A DNA stretch of 63,393 bases, counting the filler, from Octopus bimaculoides (Eukaryota), in assembly GCF_001194135.2 (NCBI RefSeq). It is 6 parts of 6 records of this genome, joined end to end, with 100 filler letters (N's around TTAATTAATTAA, not from the genome) between each part and the next. Parts side by side here need not be neighbours in the genome. Positions count along the whole stretch, not along the records: positions 34,193 to 46,071 come from NC_068982.1; positions 46,172 to 61,190 come from NC_068989.1; 4 more parts are not named here. One strand, given 5' to 3'. A program made the translations under genes and the position numbers. Below the pieces are notes generated by a model. The model searched no databases. It saw nothing but the letters and a program-made list of their open reading frames with translations, and had not been told where the DNA came from. Below, one piece after another: positions 39,541 through 50,699 of this stretch. How positions within the stretch are numbered: position 1 is the first letter of the stretch; each line of letters opens with the position of its first letter.

Positions 39541-39850
39541 TGGAAAAAGACTTATATATTGCCAAGGGATTGTCATTCTCATCGAAGGTCGGCGATTATC
39601 GTACGCTGAAGAAGGGAAATAACCCTGAAACTCGGGTCCGTACGTATCGCAGATCAAGATGGGAGGGATAACTTCCCTTGGCAAAAATAGACAGGACACA
39701 GATATGTGTCGATAAGCCAGCTGGAGGAGATGTTCTCCTGGGGATAAAAGCAACAGTAACATCCACCCTTAGGTGTCAGCCACATTTAAATGGCAAATAT
39801 ACTTCACTTTATCGTGCAGTTACTGTTAACACATCGTTCAGAGATTTTAC
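39541..39850 (+). mobile_element. Hammerhead-bearing non-coding repeat unit (putative PLE pseudo-LTR or retrozyme-like); copies at 38767-38984(-) and 45541-45802(+)
   Basis: 218-bp inverted identity with 38767-38984; colinear diverged homology with 45541-45802 (GCCAGCT.GAGGAGAT..., TGGCAAATATACTTCAC, CAGAGATTT). Confidence 0.7.
39600..39644 (+). ncRNA. Minimal type I hammerhead ribozyme motif
   Basis: CGTACG | CTGAAGA | AGGG-AAATAA-CCCT | GAAA | C-TCGG-G | TC | CGTACG: complete core, 6-bp stem I, 4-bp stem II, 2-bp stem III, GUC cleavage triplet (cut after 39638). Confidence 0.8.
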
Positions 39851-39969
39851 ATATATAGTTAAGAAAAATTTCTTTATAGGTATAAATATACCATAAACAA
39901 GTATATAAAAAATGGAGGTAAAAGAAGATAGTGAATCAAAATTAGATATAATACAAAAATGAATTCAAT

Positions 39970-40065
39970 ACATACGCACGTTTCGAAAGACAATACAAAT
40001 ATGTAAGAAAAAATATAATCATTGTAATTACAATCAAATTTATGCATTGTCATTCTCATCAGTGT
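39970..40065 (-). ncRNA. Type I hammerhead motif with elongated stem II
   Basis: ACA | CTGATGA | GAATGACAATGCA...TGTATTGTCTTTC (12 of 13 pairs) | GAAA | C-GTGC-G | TA | TGT; stem I only 3 bp. Confidence 0.6.
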
Positions 40066-41075
40066 GGAAGAACACCAAAAAGTTTAATAAAATAAAATAA
40101 AATAAGATACAATTAGGGAGAATACAGATAGGGAATAGGGAAAAATCGGATATTTACAAACAAGTTGTAAAAGGGGAAAATAATAATAATAACAATGATA
40201 GAGAGAGAGACGAAAAAGAAAAAAGAAAGACATATCAATGTGTATGCAAGTCTATATATGCTGTAAACTATAACATAAAAATAAAAATCTAACGGATATG
40301 TTTAAGAAAATAGTAACAAGTCAAGACGAAGTGTAATGTGAACAAGGCCACGTGTGTATAGTAGAATATAACGCAACAGGTTCACTAGCAGAAAAAAGCC
40401 ATTGAGAGTTATACGTATACATATTAATATTGAAAAACGAAAAATATATATATTACAAGAGGCTTAAAGCTGATAAGTAAGACTATGTTTGAAAAAGATA
40501 CAATATTTAAGTAAAAATGTATTTACAAGCAGAGAAAAAAAAAACCATAAAGAATTTAACAAAGAAAAGCAACGATCACAGACAGGACAGGCCGGTGTAT
40601 TCAAAAAAGTTCTCTTACTAAAAAACTAGCCCAGGGTAGGGGAGACAATAAAAGAAGAATAGGAACAAAAACGAATATATGAAGGAGAAAATTATTATAA
40701 ATTTACAAGTGATAGAAAAAAACGTATACACTTAACACATAAGGATATACAGTCATACATGGATACACACACATTTTAATTATAATTACTATGATTATAA
40801 TTTTTTTCTTACATATTTGTATTGTCTTTCGAAACGTGCGTATGTATTGAATCCATTTTTGTTTTAAATCTAATTTTGATTCAACATCTTTTTTCCTCTA
40901 TTTTTTAATACTTGATTATGGTATATTTATACCTATAACGAAATTTTTCAACTATTATTTTCATATTCTTATTACTTGCTCTAGCTGATTTTTATGAATA
41001 TGATAAATCTTTATTAGAAATCATTTTTTCTCTCTCTTTGGATCTCTCAAAAAAGTTTGAATTGTTCTTTTTGAA

Positions 41076-41106
<31 letters not shown>

Positions 41107-41116
41107 NNNNNNNNNN

Positions 41117-41234
41117 GACCAACACGTTCGAATGTAATACTTCCTTGATGAAATACCCAATTAATCAGTTTCAATGTAAAAAATTTAATTTAATTTAATT
41201 TAATTAATTTCTCTAATTGAATTAATTGGATATG
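41117..41234 (+). repeat. Diverged direct repeat flanking the PLE (partner 45045-45171)
   Basis: GACCAACACGTT.GAA...TGATG.AATACCCA.TTAA.CAGTTTCAAT..AAAAATTTAA...TTAATTTCTCTAATT.AATTAATTGGATATG in both. Confidence 0.75.
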
Positions 41235-41461
41235 GCCACGGCTGTAGGAATAAGAATTTCATATTATATTGATTTGAATATCTTTGAATAAGCTGATGTC
41301 TATACGTCAATTTCTCTATTTTCTTCTTTTTCTCATTCATAAACATTTTAAAGACCGATATACACGAATGCAAAACTAAAATATTTAAGTTTTCACTGAA
41401 CACTGATATAAACAGGAGAGCTAGGATGCCAAGATGCCTTAAAGGATTATAGGTTCTTGGC

Positions 41462-44065
41462 ATGATTAAATTGAATTTTAAAAAAATCTTCGGAAGTGGA
41501 TTTATATTAGTTTCTACCAATAAAATGGAGAAAATTGAAGTGAACATTTCTTTGAAAGATATTCCGATTCCGCCCAAAAAGGCATATATTAAGGACCTAA
41601 TTCGAAAAACAACAGAATTCATCCATAGACTCAGATGGAAGGCATACCCCTTTGATGAGAAAACCTTTGCACTAACAAGTAACAAAACTGAAGTTAAGGA
41701 CCAGCTACTAAGTAGAATTTTTAAGACCAAAGAATACTCACCACCAAATAGCCACCTTGCAGGTTTTGAGGACGAATTATCGAAAATTATTAAACATGTT
41801 AAATTTAAAAGATAACCCCATAGAGGAAATGGATATTTGTTGAAGCTAAAACGCATCGTATCGGAACTTAGAGGTAAAAATGGAATAATTGCTCATTCGG
41901 ATAAAACTGGCAACTTGTACAATCTGGATATAAATTACTACCATGAACTTTTGAAAAAAGAAGTTACAAAATGTTATAGAGTCTCTAAAAAAAGTATGTT
42001 AAGAATTACTAACTTAATTTCTAAACAAATTATGGACAATCACAAATTGGATGATAGAACTGAACCTTTCATTCCTAAAAGACCGAGAATTATTTTAAAG
42101 GATCATAAGGAAAATTTTTATAGTAACCCTAAAGTTAGATTGATTTGCCCAGGAAAATCTGACCTGGGTAAACTTGGTAAAACTATTTTAGATAAGTACA
42201 TACCAGTTCTTAAGGAAATTATGACGCTACAACTCTAGTCTAATACATATGAGGATTGGTTTAACAATGTTAAATATAAAAGTAGAAATAAATTCATGCA
42301 AATAGATATTGATAGCTATTACTCTTCAGTTACCCAAATAATTTTAAATAAGGCCCTTTTGTTTGCGAAAAATAACTCGAATATAAATATGAATGAAATT
42401 AATGTTATTTTAGCTGCCAGAAAACTATTGTAGAGTTTGAAAACAAGTATTGGATTAAGATAGATAGTAGGAAGGCTTTGATATAGCCATGGGCTCAGCG
42501 GATTCTGCCCAAGCTAGAGATTTATTTGGTATCTATATTCTTTTTATTTTAAGAAGGGATTTTCCTGAAATTGCAGGAAGTTTATATAGAGTTGATACCC
42601 TCTTAACCACTAGGAGCCTATCGAATAGGAAACTGGAACTTTATAAGAAGAAATTTTACAGTTTTAGAATTTTAGACTCACGATAATGATAGAAAATGAA
42701 GATGAATCAGTTAACTTCCTAGGTGTCAATGTCAATCTCATTATTGGCAACTATGAGCCCTACCATAAACCTAACTCCAATCTTAAGTACATAAATGTCG
42801 AAAGTAATCATCCCGGTTCTGTAAAAAAATTTTTGGCTTATAATATTTCTAAAAGAATTTTCAATCTATCGTCTAATAAGGATATCATTGACAAAAATGC
42901 AAAGCTGGGTATAAACAAAAATTGAAGTATTATACAACATGGATATTTCTCATGTTAGTAAAGATTTTAAACAAACTGCCAGAAATAGGAATAAGGATAG
43001 GGTAAGTAAGGTTAAATATCGAAATGAGAAAAATGATATACAAAATACGACAACCAATGTGTTACTACGTTCTTCTAATTATCCTCATACGATTAGGAAT
43101 ATGAATAATAGAGTAAAAATACAAACCCCTTATATATTTAATAAAGTTGGAAAATTTGAAAATTATAATGCATCTCCTGATAAGAATGACATTATTTGGT
43201 TTGTAATTCCATTTGCTAAGCAAATTACGACTAATTTGGTTGGGTCTTTATACAAACTTTTTTCTAAACACTTTACAAAGGAAAAAAGATATTATAATAT
43301 TATTGACCCTAGAATTCTTAAAATTGCCTTTTCTGTATCAAATAACTTGTCTCAGATTATAGCTTCAATTAACGAAAAGAAATTATCTAACTTTTATTAT
43401 CATAATTATAACCAAAGTAAATGCAACAAAGGTAATGCTCTTAGAATAAATGTTACTAAGAAATGTGTACTACAGTCGTCTAGTGTACAAGGGGAAACAA
43501 CCCAAATTAAATCCCATTCCAACTTTTTGAGTGTAGGTAATGCAGCAAATAACAACCATACTGAAGGTAATGATATAAAACAAAATAATAATACGAGTAG
43601 TAATGAAAATATATTTTGTAATTGCAAGGTTAGAAGTAAATGTTTATTTAAAAATTATTGCAAAAAAAAAAAACGTTATATACAGGTGTAAAGTAAAATC
43701 TAAAGGTAAGAATTTCTTTTACGTAGGGGCAACGCAAAATTTTATCAAGAGACGAATATCTAATCATATTTACACCTTTAACAATTGGAACAAGTCTTCT
43801 AGTACCAGCCTCGGTGAATTTATTTGGGACCTGAAAGACAAGAAAAAAGCTTTTCTGTGGAGTGGGAAATTATAAGACTGTTTATAAGACTGAAAGTTCT
43901 TTCTGTTTTCTCTGTCTTGAAGAATTGTACTAAATCCTATTTTCCAGGTGGTGCATGGAAAGAAATTATGATAATTTTATGATAATTATAATTATGATAA
44001 AATACGAGAATTGAGACTGGTTTTTCATGTGTCCAAGCCTGTAAGTGGCCTCTCAAAACTACCAT
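41462..44065 (+). mobile_element. Penelope-like retroelement, near full-length but inactivated (RT plus C-terminal GIY-YIG endonuclease)
   Basis: SLKDIPIPPKKAYIKDLIRKTTEFIHRLRWKA; HSDKTGNLY; LKDHKENFYSNPKVRLICPGKSDLG; QIDIDSYYSSV; MGSADSAQARDLFGIYIL; LYRVD; VNFLGVNVNL..YEPYHKPN..YINVESNHP; CNC..C..NVIYRCKV..FYVGATQNFIKRRISNH..TSLGEFIWDLK; multiple stops and frameshifts. Confidence 0.9.
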
Positions 44066-44846
44066 TAGATATTATATTATCATAAATAAATCAATTATAT
44101 ATTAAAGTTACCAGCACTTTGAATCTGTCGGAATTTCATGTTTAGTACATATATAACTGTAAAGAATTAAAAAATTCTTAGTAAATATCAAATAAATATT
44201 AAATATTATATTAAATACTAATATTAAAATATTAATATTTCGTCTTATATAAGAGAAAGGTAATTGATTTTTCATGTATTCATGCATGTTTATGAATATT
44301 CAAAAAACTACCATCAGATATAATATTATTATATTATAAGCTATTTGAAATTTGAATCGGTTGATACTTCACTTTTATTACACTAGCACATGTAAATATA
44401 AGCATTAAAGAATGCTTAGTATATATAATATTGATATAAAAATACTAAATGGTAAAGATGTAAATTAAGTTTCCTACACAGGTGACAGTATCATTGTGAT
44501 TTGCAATAAATTCAATTAAGCACGTTTATCATGACTATACAGTTGATATTTTACAATATATATTTGTTAAACCAAGTTAGCGATAAACACATTGATTTAT
44601 AGTGATTATAGCTTTAGTAATTTTAGTTTCATCAATTGTATTTGGTAACGTTTAAGTTTTCCTTTGTTTACATAGTTGCAATGACCATAACTATTGCGCA
44701 CAAATATGAATAACGTGATACTGTAATATGATAAATAATTAGCAGTTTTCGATACGTCATATTTTTTGTTGGTTTCCCTATTTTAACAAACGCACGCGCA
44801 ATTACATGATGAATGTTACCACTCTCTCTCCCCCACTCCCACTCAA

Positions 44847-44908
<62 letters not shown>

Positions 44909-45267
44909 ACACCTAGTTCACCCTAACTGCAACACCACCACCTATAACAACTATTATGTATAANNNNNNNNNNTATATATATACTCATAACGGTTTTTTT
45001 AATACATACATTACAAAAACGCACACATGAGTCTGTCAAGCGTCGACCAACACGTTGGAATATATCTCCTTTCTGGAAATTCTCCCTGATGGAATACCCA
45101 GTTAACCAGTTTCAATACAAAAATTTAAAATTAATTTGATTTAATTTCTCTAATTCAATTAATTGGATATGTATGTATGCATGCATGTATGTATGTATGT
45201 ATGTATGTATGTATGTATGTATGTATGTATGTATGTATGTATGTACGTATGTATGTATGTATGCGTA

Positions 45268-45429
45268 TTGGTGCTTGCGTGGCTGTGTGATAATAAGCTT
45301 GCTTCCCAACCAAATGGTTCCGGCTTTAGTCCCACTGTGTGACACCTTGGACAAATGCCTTCTACTATAGCCTCGGGCCGACCAAAACCATGTAAGAGGA
45401 TTTAGTAGATGTAAACTGGAAGAAGCCTG

Positions 45430-45435
<6 letters not shown>
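45268..45435 (+). mobile_element. SINE family S2 head
   Basis: GTGGCTGTGTG.TAA..AGCTTGCTTCCCAACC..ATGGTTCCGG...AGTCCCACTG. Confidence 0.8.
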
Positions 45436-45527
<92 letters not shown>

Positions 45528-45598
45528 GACTTTTTATTACTGGAAAAAGCATACGTATTTGCGTTCGAGATCACTTCTCATCCGTAGCCGGTGATTGC

Positions 45599-45643
45599 CA
45601 CACGCTGATGACGGGTTACTACCCAGAAACCCAGGTCCATGTG
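45599..45643 (+). ncRNA. Minimal type I hammerhead motif, diverged paralogue
   Basis: CACACG | CTGATGA | CGGG-TTACTA-CCCA | GAAA | C-CCAG-G | TC | CATGTG; same 45-nt geometry as 39600-39644; one mismatch each in stems I and II. Confidence 0.75.
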
Positions 45644-46171
45644 ATCAGGCACAGACAGTGTGTCGTTAGCCAGCTAGAGGAGATATTTTTCTGGGGCTAT
45701 AAACTACAGCAGCATCGTCCCATATGGGTCAGTCACATTTAGGTGGCAAATATACTTCACGATATCGTGTTGCTACTGTTTACATCTCGCTCAGAGATTT
45801 ATTATTGCTTATATATATATATATATATTAGTTTATGTATATATTAATATTATCTCAGTTTAAAAAAAAAACCTTTGATAATGTAAATATGTTAATAGTT
45901 ACCAGAGGAAGCAAAATTACACTAGAAAACAAGATATCACAGCCGTTTTACAGGTAGAGATACCAAGTTAAAGTGATACATTTTGAGAAGATATGAATAA
46001 TAATAATAAATGGAGCAAAACGCATATAAATAAAAGTTCCTTTAATTCCTACACATGTTTCAAAATATATGNNNNNNNNNNNNNNNNNNNNNNNNNNNNN
46101 NNNNNNNNNNNNNNNTTAATTAATTAANNNNNNNNNNNNNNNNNNNNNNNNNNNNNNNNNNNNNNNNNNNN

Positions 46172-46480
46172 TGTGAGTGTTTATTGAGCGAAAACACCTA
46201 AAGCTCCACGAGGCTCCGGCAGGGGATGGTGGCGAACCCTGCTGTACTCTTTAACCACAACTTTCTCTCACTCTTTCTTCCTGTTTCTGTTGTACCTGTA
46301 TTTCAAAAGGGCCAGCCTTGTCACTCTGTGTCACGCTGAATATCCCCGAGAACTATGTTAAGGGTACACGTGTCTGTGGAGTGCTCAGCCACTTGCACGT
46401 TAATTTCACGAGCAGGCTGTTCCGTTGATCGGATCAACTGGAACCCTCGACGTCGTTAGCGACGGAGTGCCAACAGCAAG
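46172..46480 (+). mobile_element. SINE-like interspersed repeat, 3' part (CACTTGCACGTTAATTTCACGAGCAGGCTGTTCCGTTGATCGGATCAACTGGAACCCTCG...GACGGAGTGCCA)
   Basis: GC-richer island with a SINE-like tail; family recognised from memory only. Confidence 0.5.
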
Positions 46481-46517
46481 ACCTAGTGAGGAGAATTGAG
46501 GCACTAGCCAGCATTCG

Positions 46518-46850
46518 AGATCATGATCCAAGTATATCTGTTACCTTAATCTACGGCTTTTTAGTTGAGATAATACGTTAAATTCCACTCGTTTGCTCGA
46601 TTTCTGTTGGTCCGTTACACAAATGCGGTGAGATTAGTGGCTACGTTGGGGCTTTTTACTTGCACTCTCTGTTAAGCTAGTACTTCGAGTACCCTCTAAT
46701 ATAATTAAGAGTGTATTTTGTAGCTGTTTAATGCTAATATCGCTTGCGGTCACTAATGTTATTGTTATTATCAATTTTTTAGATTTGCCCCGATAATAAT
46801 AATAATGATAATAATAATAACATCTTTACGAGTATTTATTGCTACTCATT

Positions 46851-46897
<47 letters not shown>

Positions 46898-47640
46898 ACG
46901 TGCTCGTGTGTGTTTGTCCTCCATCACCGCTTAACAACCGGTAGTAGTGTGTTTGCGTCCCCGTAACTTAGCGGTTCGGCATAAGACTGATAGAATAAAT
47001 ACTGGGCTTAATACTGGGGAGGGGTATTATTTGATTCTTTCACTCGCACGATCTTCACTAAGAAAAAAAAAAGACTCAGATTTTTTACGTGGAATCAAGT
47101 ACCCTTTATTTTTGTTCGGTAAAAAAAAGGGGGTGGGAAACCGGACCCCCCATATCCCGGAATCATTGAGAGAGAGAGTGAGAGAGAGGAAGAGTTAAAG
47201 AGAGAAAGAGAGAGTGAGTCAGTGGGTGACGAAGTTTACCTAAACTTCACTCGCTCTTTCTCCCCACACAAAGATGAAATTCATTTCGGCGCCAAGTGTA
47301 TATGGTTATATCAATATATATCTTTTAGCTTTTACTTGTTTCAGCACTTGACTGTTGTCACACTGGCGTGATACCTTGAAGAGTTTTAGTTGATCAAACC
47401 AACCTCAAGAGGTATTATTAGATTCTTTCACCCGTATGGTTTTCCCTAAGAAAAAAAAAAACTCGAATTTTTTGCGTGGAATCAGGTACTCTGACCTCCT
47501 GATATGCTGCAACGTAGCCACTAATCTCACCGCATTTGTGTAACGGACCAACAGAAATCGAGCAAACGAGTGGAATTTAACGTATTATCTCAACTAAAAA
47601 GCCGTAGATTAAGGTAACAGATATACTTGGATCATGATCT
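46518..47640. repeat. 131-bp inverted repeat pair (46518-46648 / 47510-47640)
   Basis: Arms read as exact reverse complements. Confidence 0.85.
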
Positions 47641-48524
47641 ATATATTGATATATATTGATATAACCATATACAAACGTAGCCTTAGTCGATGACTAACAA
47701 TTGCCAACACTTCAGAAATGAAAAATCATATGGGATTATTACACTGTTTATTATTTGACAAGAGGTTAACAAATTTTCACTTCCAATTTCAAATGAATTA
47801 ACATGTCTTAAATAAAATATGATCTTCGTAATAAATCTACTCAGCACTAATATAACCCATTCAATATGTTACAATGACAAACAAGAATTGTTTTACGTTT
47901 TCTCAATGTTTATTAATTCCATTGACGTCAACAACACTATTCTCGTTGATAAAAATAAAGTTTCTAAAATGTGCAAGCTGGAAGAATTACTTTGGTTCAT
48001 TAGTAAAACACCAGTTACTTTTACAGGTAATATGGGTTCGAGTCCAACGGGCAGTTTTCGACATTTTCAGCATAAAGGAGTTATTTAACCTAATATCTAC
48101 ACGCCTTATTTACTTTTGCGTCGTGATCCACCGTTCATTAAAAGAATTATTTCAAATTTAAATCATTCATTAATTATATTTCCAACTTATTAATTATTTT
48201 GTAATCTAAATTAAATTTCATCACATAAACTACGTTATATAACAATTAGTTTAACTGGGATTGCACTATATACTGAGGTATCATCGAGGGACCATGTCAA
48301 TGGGGAAAGAACAGGTCTAATAGCATTGACTGCTGTTCCAGTGTATATTGACGTACCATCGCTCACTGCGGTACGATCAATTCTACAACACATATCAAGG
48401 TATGAACTGTCGTAACCAATTTAGTAAATAACCTGTATATTACATTGAGGTATATATTTAGATTCACTTACAACATATAGGCATATTTCACAAAATGCTA
48501 ACCTGGATACCTAACAACAAATTT

Positions 48525-48752
48525 GCTTTCCTCTTGACACCAACCGCTTGAGGTCATTCCTGGTTCTATATGACAAATTTCAGGCTTTGTAGTGATCTGC
48601 ATAAAAACCTTCCGTCAAAAATTCATATTCATTTATGTTCTAAACATTAGCTTAATATTGACAAATTTATTTCACTAAAGCCACCATTATTTTCAAAATT
48701 AATTGAAATAAAAGCAGTGTATTTAAACAGAAATATAGTAACAAATGAGTTC
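48525..48752. mobile_element. Diverged copy of the 29632-29861 MITE family, opposite orientation
   Basis: TTTTCAAAATTAATTGAAA..AAAGCAGTGTATTT.AACAGAAATAT.GTAAC.AA.GAGTT; partial second copy at 48876-48955. Confidence 0.5.
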
Positions 48753-49845
48753 AAGTGATCTAAAAACTTTCCATCAACATTTCATGCTATTTTATGCGCC
48801 AAATACCACTCTAAATATAACAAAGTAATTTGTAAAATTACTTTGTAAATTTTACAAATTAAAAATTGCAATTCCTTAAGATTTTCAAAATTAATTGAAA
48901 CGAAGGCAGTGTAGTTCAATTCATTTATTGGAATATTGTAGCAAAAGAGTTAATTATTTATAGAAATAGGCTATACAGCAATATGACCAGTATGATTATA
49001 ACAAGGGAAACATATGCTTCGGGCTCGGCATTTTCAGAGGCTTTGCACTAAATGCTTTAGTGCCATTGTACTAAACTACTTTCAACTTTTACAAACGATT
49101 GGGTGTTAAAAGTTAATTCGATACAATTCAAATGAAACGCTTGCAAGCTCTCAAATGCAATTCAGTTATTCTGCCCATGCTTTATTACTACAGTTTTGTA
49201 TTGTATACGGTCACCCAGAATACCTCCAAGGCCAAATAAACGTTAATTATACGAATTAAAATTAAATTGAACGACAACTGTAAAAACACAGACTTTATTC
49301 ATTTTTGTCACGCGTTATTTATATTCATATTTTAAGCACAATAATTGTGCTTAATTGTTATTTTCTTCATATGTTTGGTTGAACTCATTTTTTCCTCTAT
49401 ATAACAATAGTCGATCTAAATGTTGGTTAGTTGCTTGCTTGGTTGAACTCCCCAGTCATGTTTTATATCGTGTGGAAAGATGAGAGAGAGAGTAAGAGAG
49501 ATGCTAAGAGAATCAATACAGAAGGTGGAGGTGGAGGATGAGTATACATACTAAGCTAGGTAGCAGGCAACACGTACATACACAGTGAGAGGGAAAGAGA
49601 CAGATGAGGAGGAGAGGGGTTAATTGACAGGATGTCGTTATGGAAGGAGTTATAGAAATGAGAAATTTGTTTTATTCAATTTTATTTCAAAGTAATAACT
49701 ATTTTTCTTTTGAAAATTGTCATTCATTTCATACAAGTATATAAAAGTTAAATTATAATTATTCTATGTATTCCATATGTTCTGACGCTCCCCATAGCAT
49801 CAAAAGTAAACTATCCGTTTACTACCAGTAATATATTACTGACAC

Positions 49846-50080
49846 AGGGCGGCGAGCTGGCAGAATCGTTAGCACGCCGGGCGAAATGCTAAGCGGTATT
49901 TCGGCTGCCGTTACGTTCTGAGCTCAAATTCCGCCGAGGTCGACTTTGCTTTACATGTTTTTGGGGTCAATGAAATGGTACCAGTTACGCATTTGGGTCG
50001 ATGTAATCGACTTAATCCCTTTGTCTGTCCTTGTTTGTCCCCCCTATGTTTAGACCTGTGGGCAATAAAGAAATAAATAT
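49846..50080 (+). mobile_element. SINE family S1, well-preserved full copy
   Basis: GGCGGCGAGCTGGCAGAATCGTTAGCACGCCGGGCGAAATGCT...AATAAAGAAATA. Confidence 0.9.
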
Positions 50081-50356
50081 ATTACAGACACGATAATGCT
50101 AGTCATTTGCAATAAACGAAATCAGGATTTTTAAACAAGTAAGAAATATTTTAGCGTGTAGTTTCCACTCTAATTGTATGCCATTAAACAAAATTGTAAT
50201 ACAAATAAAAAGTTTAAATTATTACAATCATATTTTCAACGTTAGAGTACAACATTTCTTATTGCACAGAGTCTGACGGAAAAATCTCTCGTGTTTCACA
50301 CGGCTATTGGTGTGGTGCTAGTGAAGTTAGGCAGATAGTAATGTTGATTCCATGTA

Positions 50357-50560
50357 CGAGGGGTGCCCTGGCTTTGGATAAAAGACAATACAGGTGGATC
50401 AGTTACTGATTTTATTTAGCAGATTCCCCTCTGAGGTTCACACACTTATTGCAGCGATCCTTCAGTTTTTCTAAGTCCTGAAAAAGAACTGGGAAGGTTG
50501 GGCCTACAACCAGGCCTTTAGCGATACCATAAAAGTCAGGAACATTCCAGCACCCCCTCG
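50357..50560. mobile_element. mariner-type MITE with TA target duplication
   Basis: TA-CGAGGGGTGC ... GCACCCCCTCG-TA. Confidence 0.75.
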
Positions 50561-50699
50561 TAGCGAATGTTTTGTTTTGTTTTTTTCTCTGTTTACATCA
50601 TGGTTTGGAGGAACGATTGAACACTGAGCATTTGTTGCTCAAGTGATTGTGAATAACGGTGAATCTAAGAAAGTTTTTGCAACACTCAGTATATTATTC

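Noticed and set aside
48025-48060. GGGTTCGAGTCC B-box suggesting a tRNA gene
   Set aside because: No A box at suitable distance and no cloverleaf; none of the SINE heads folds as a full tRNA either.
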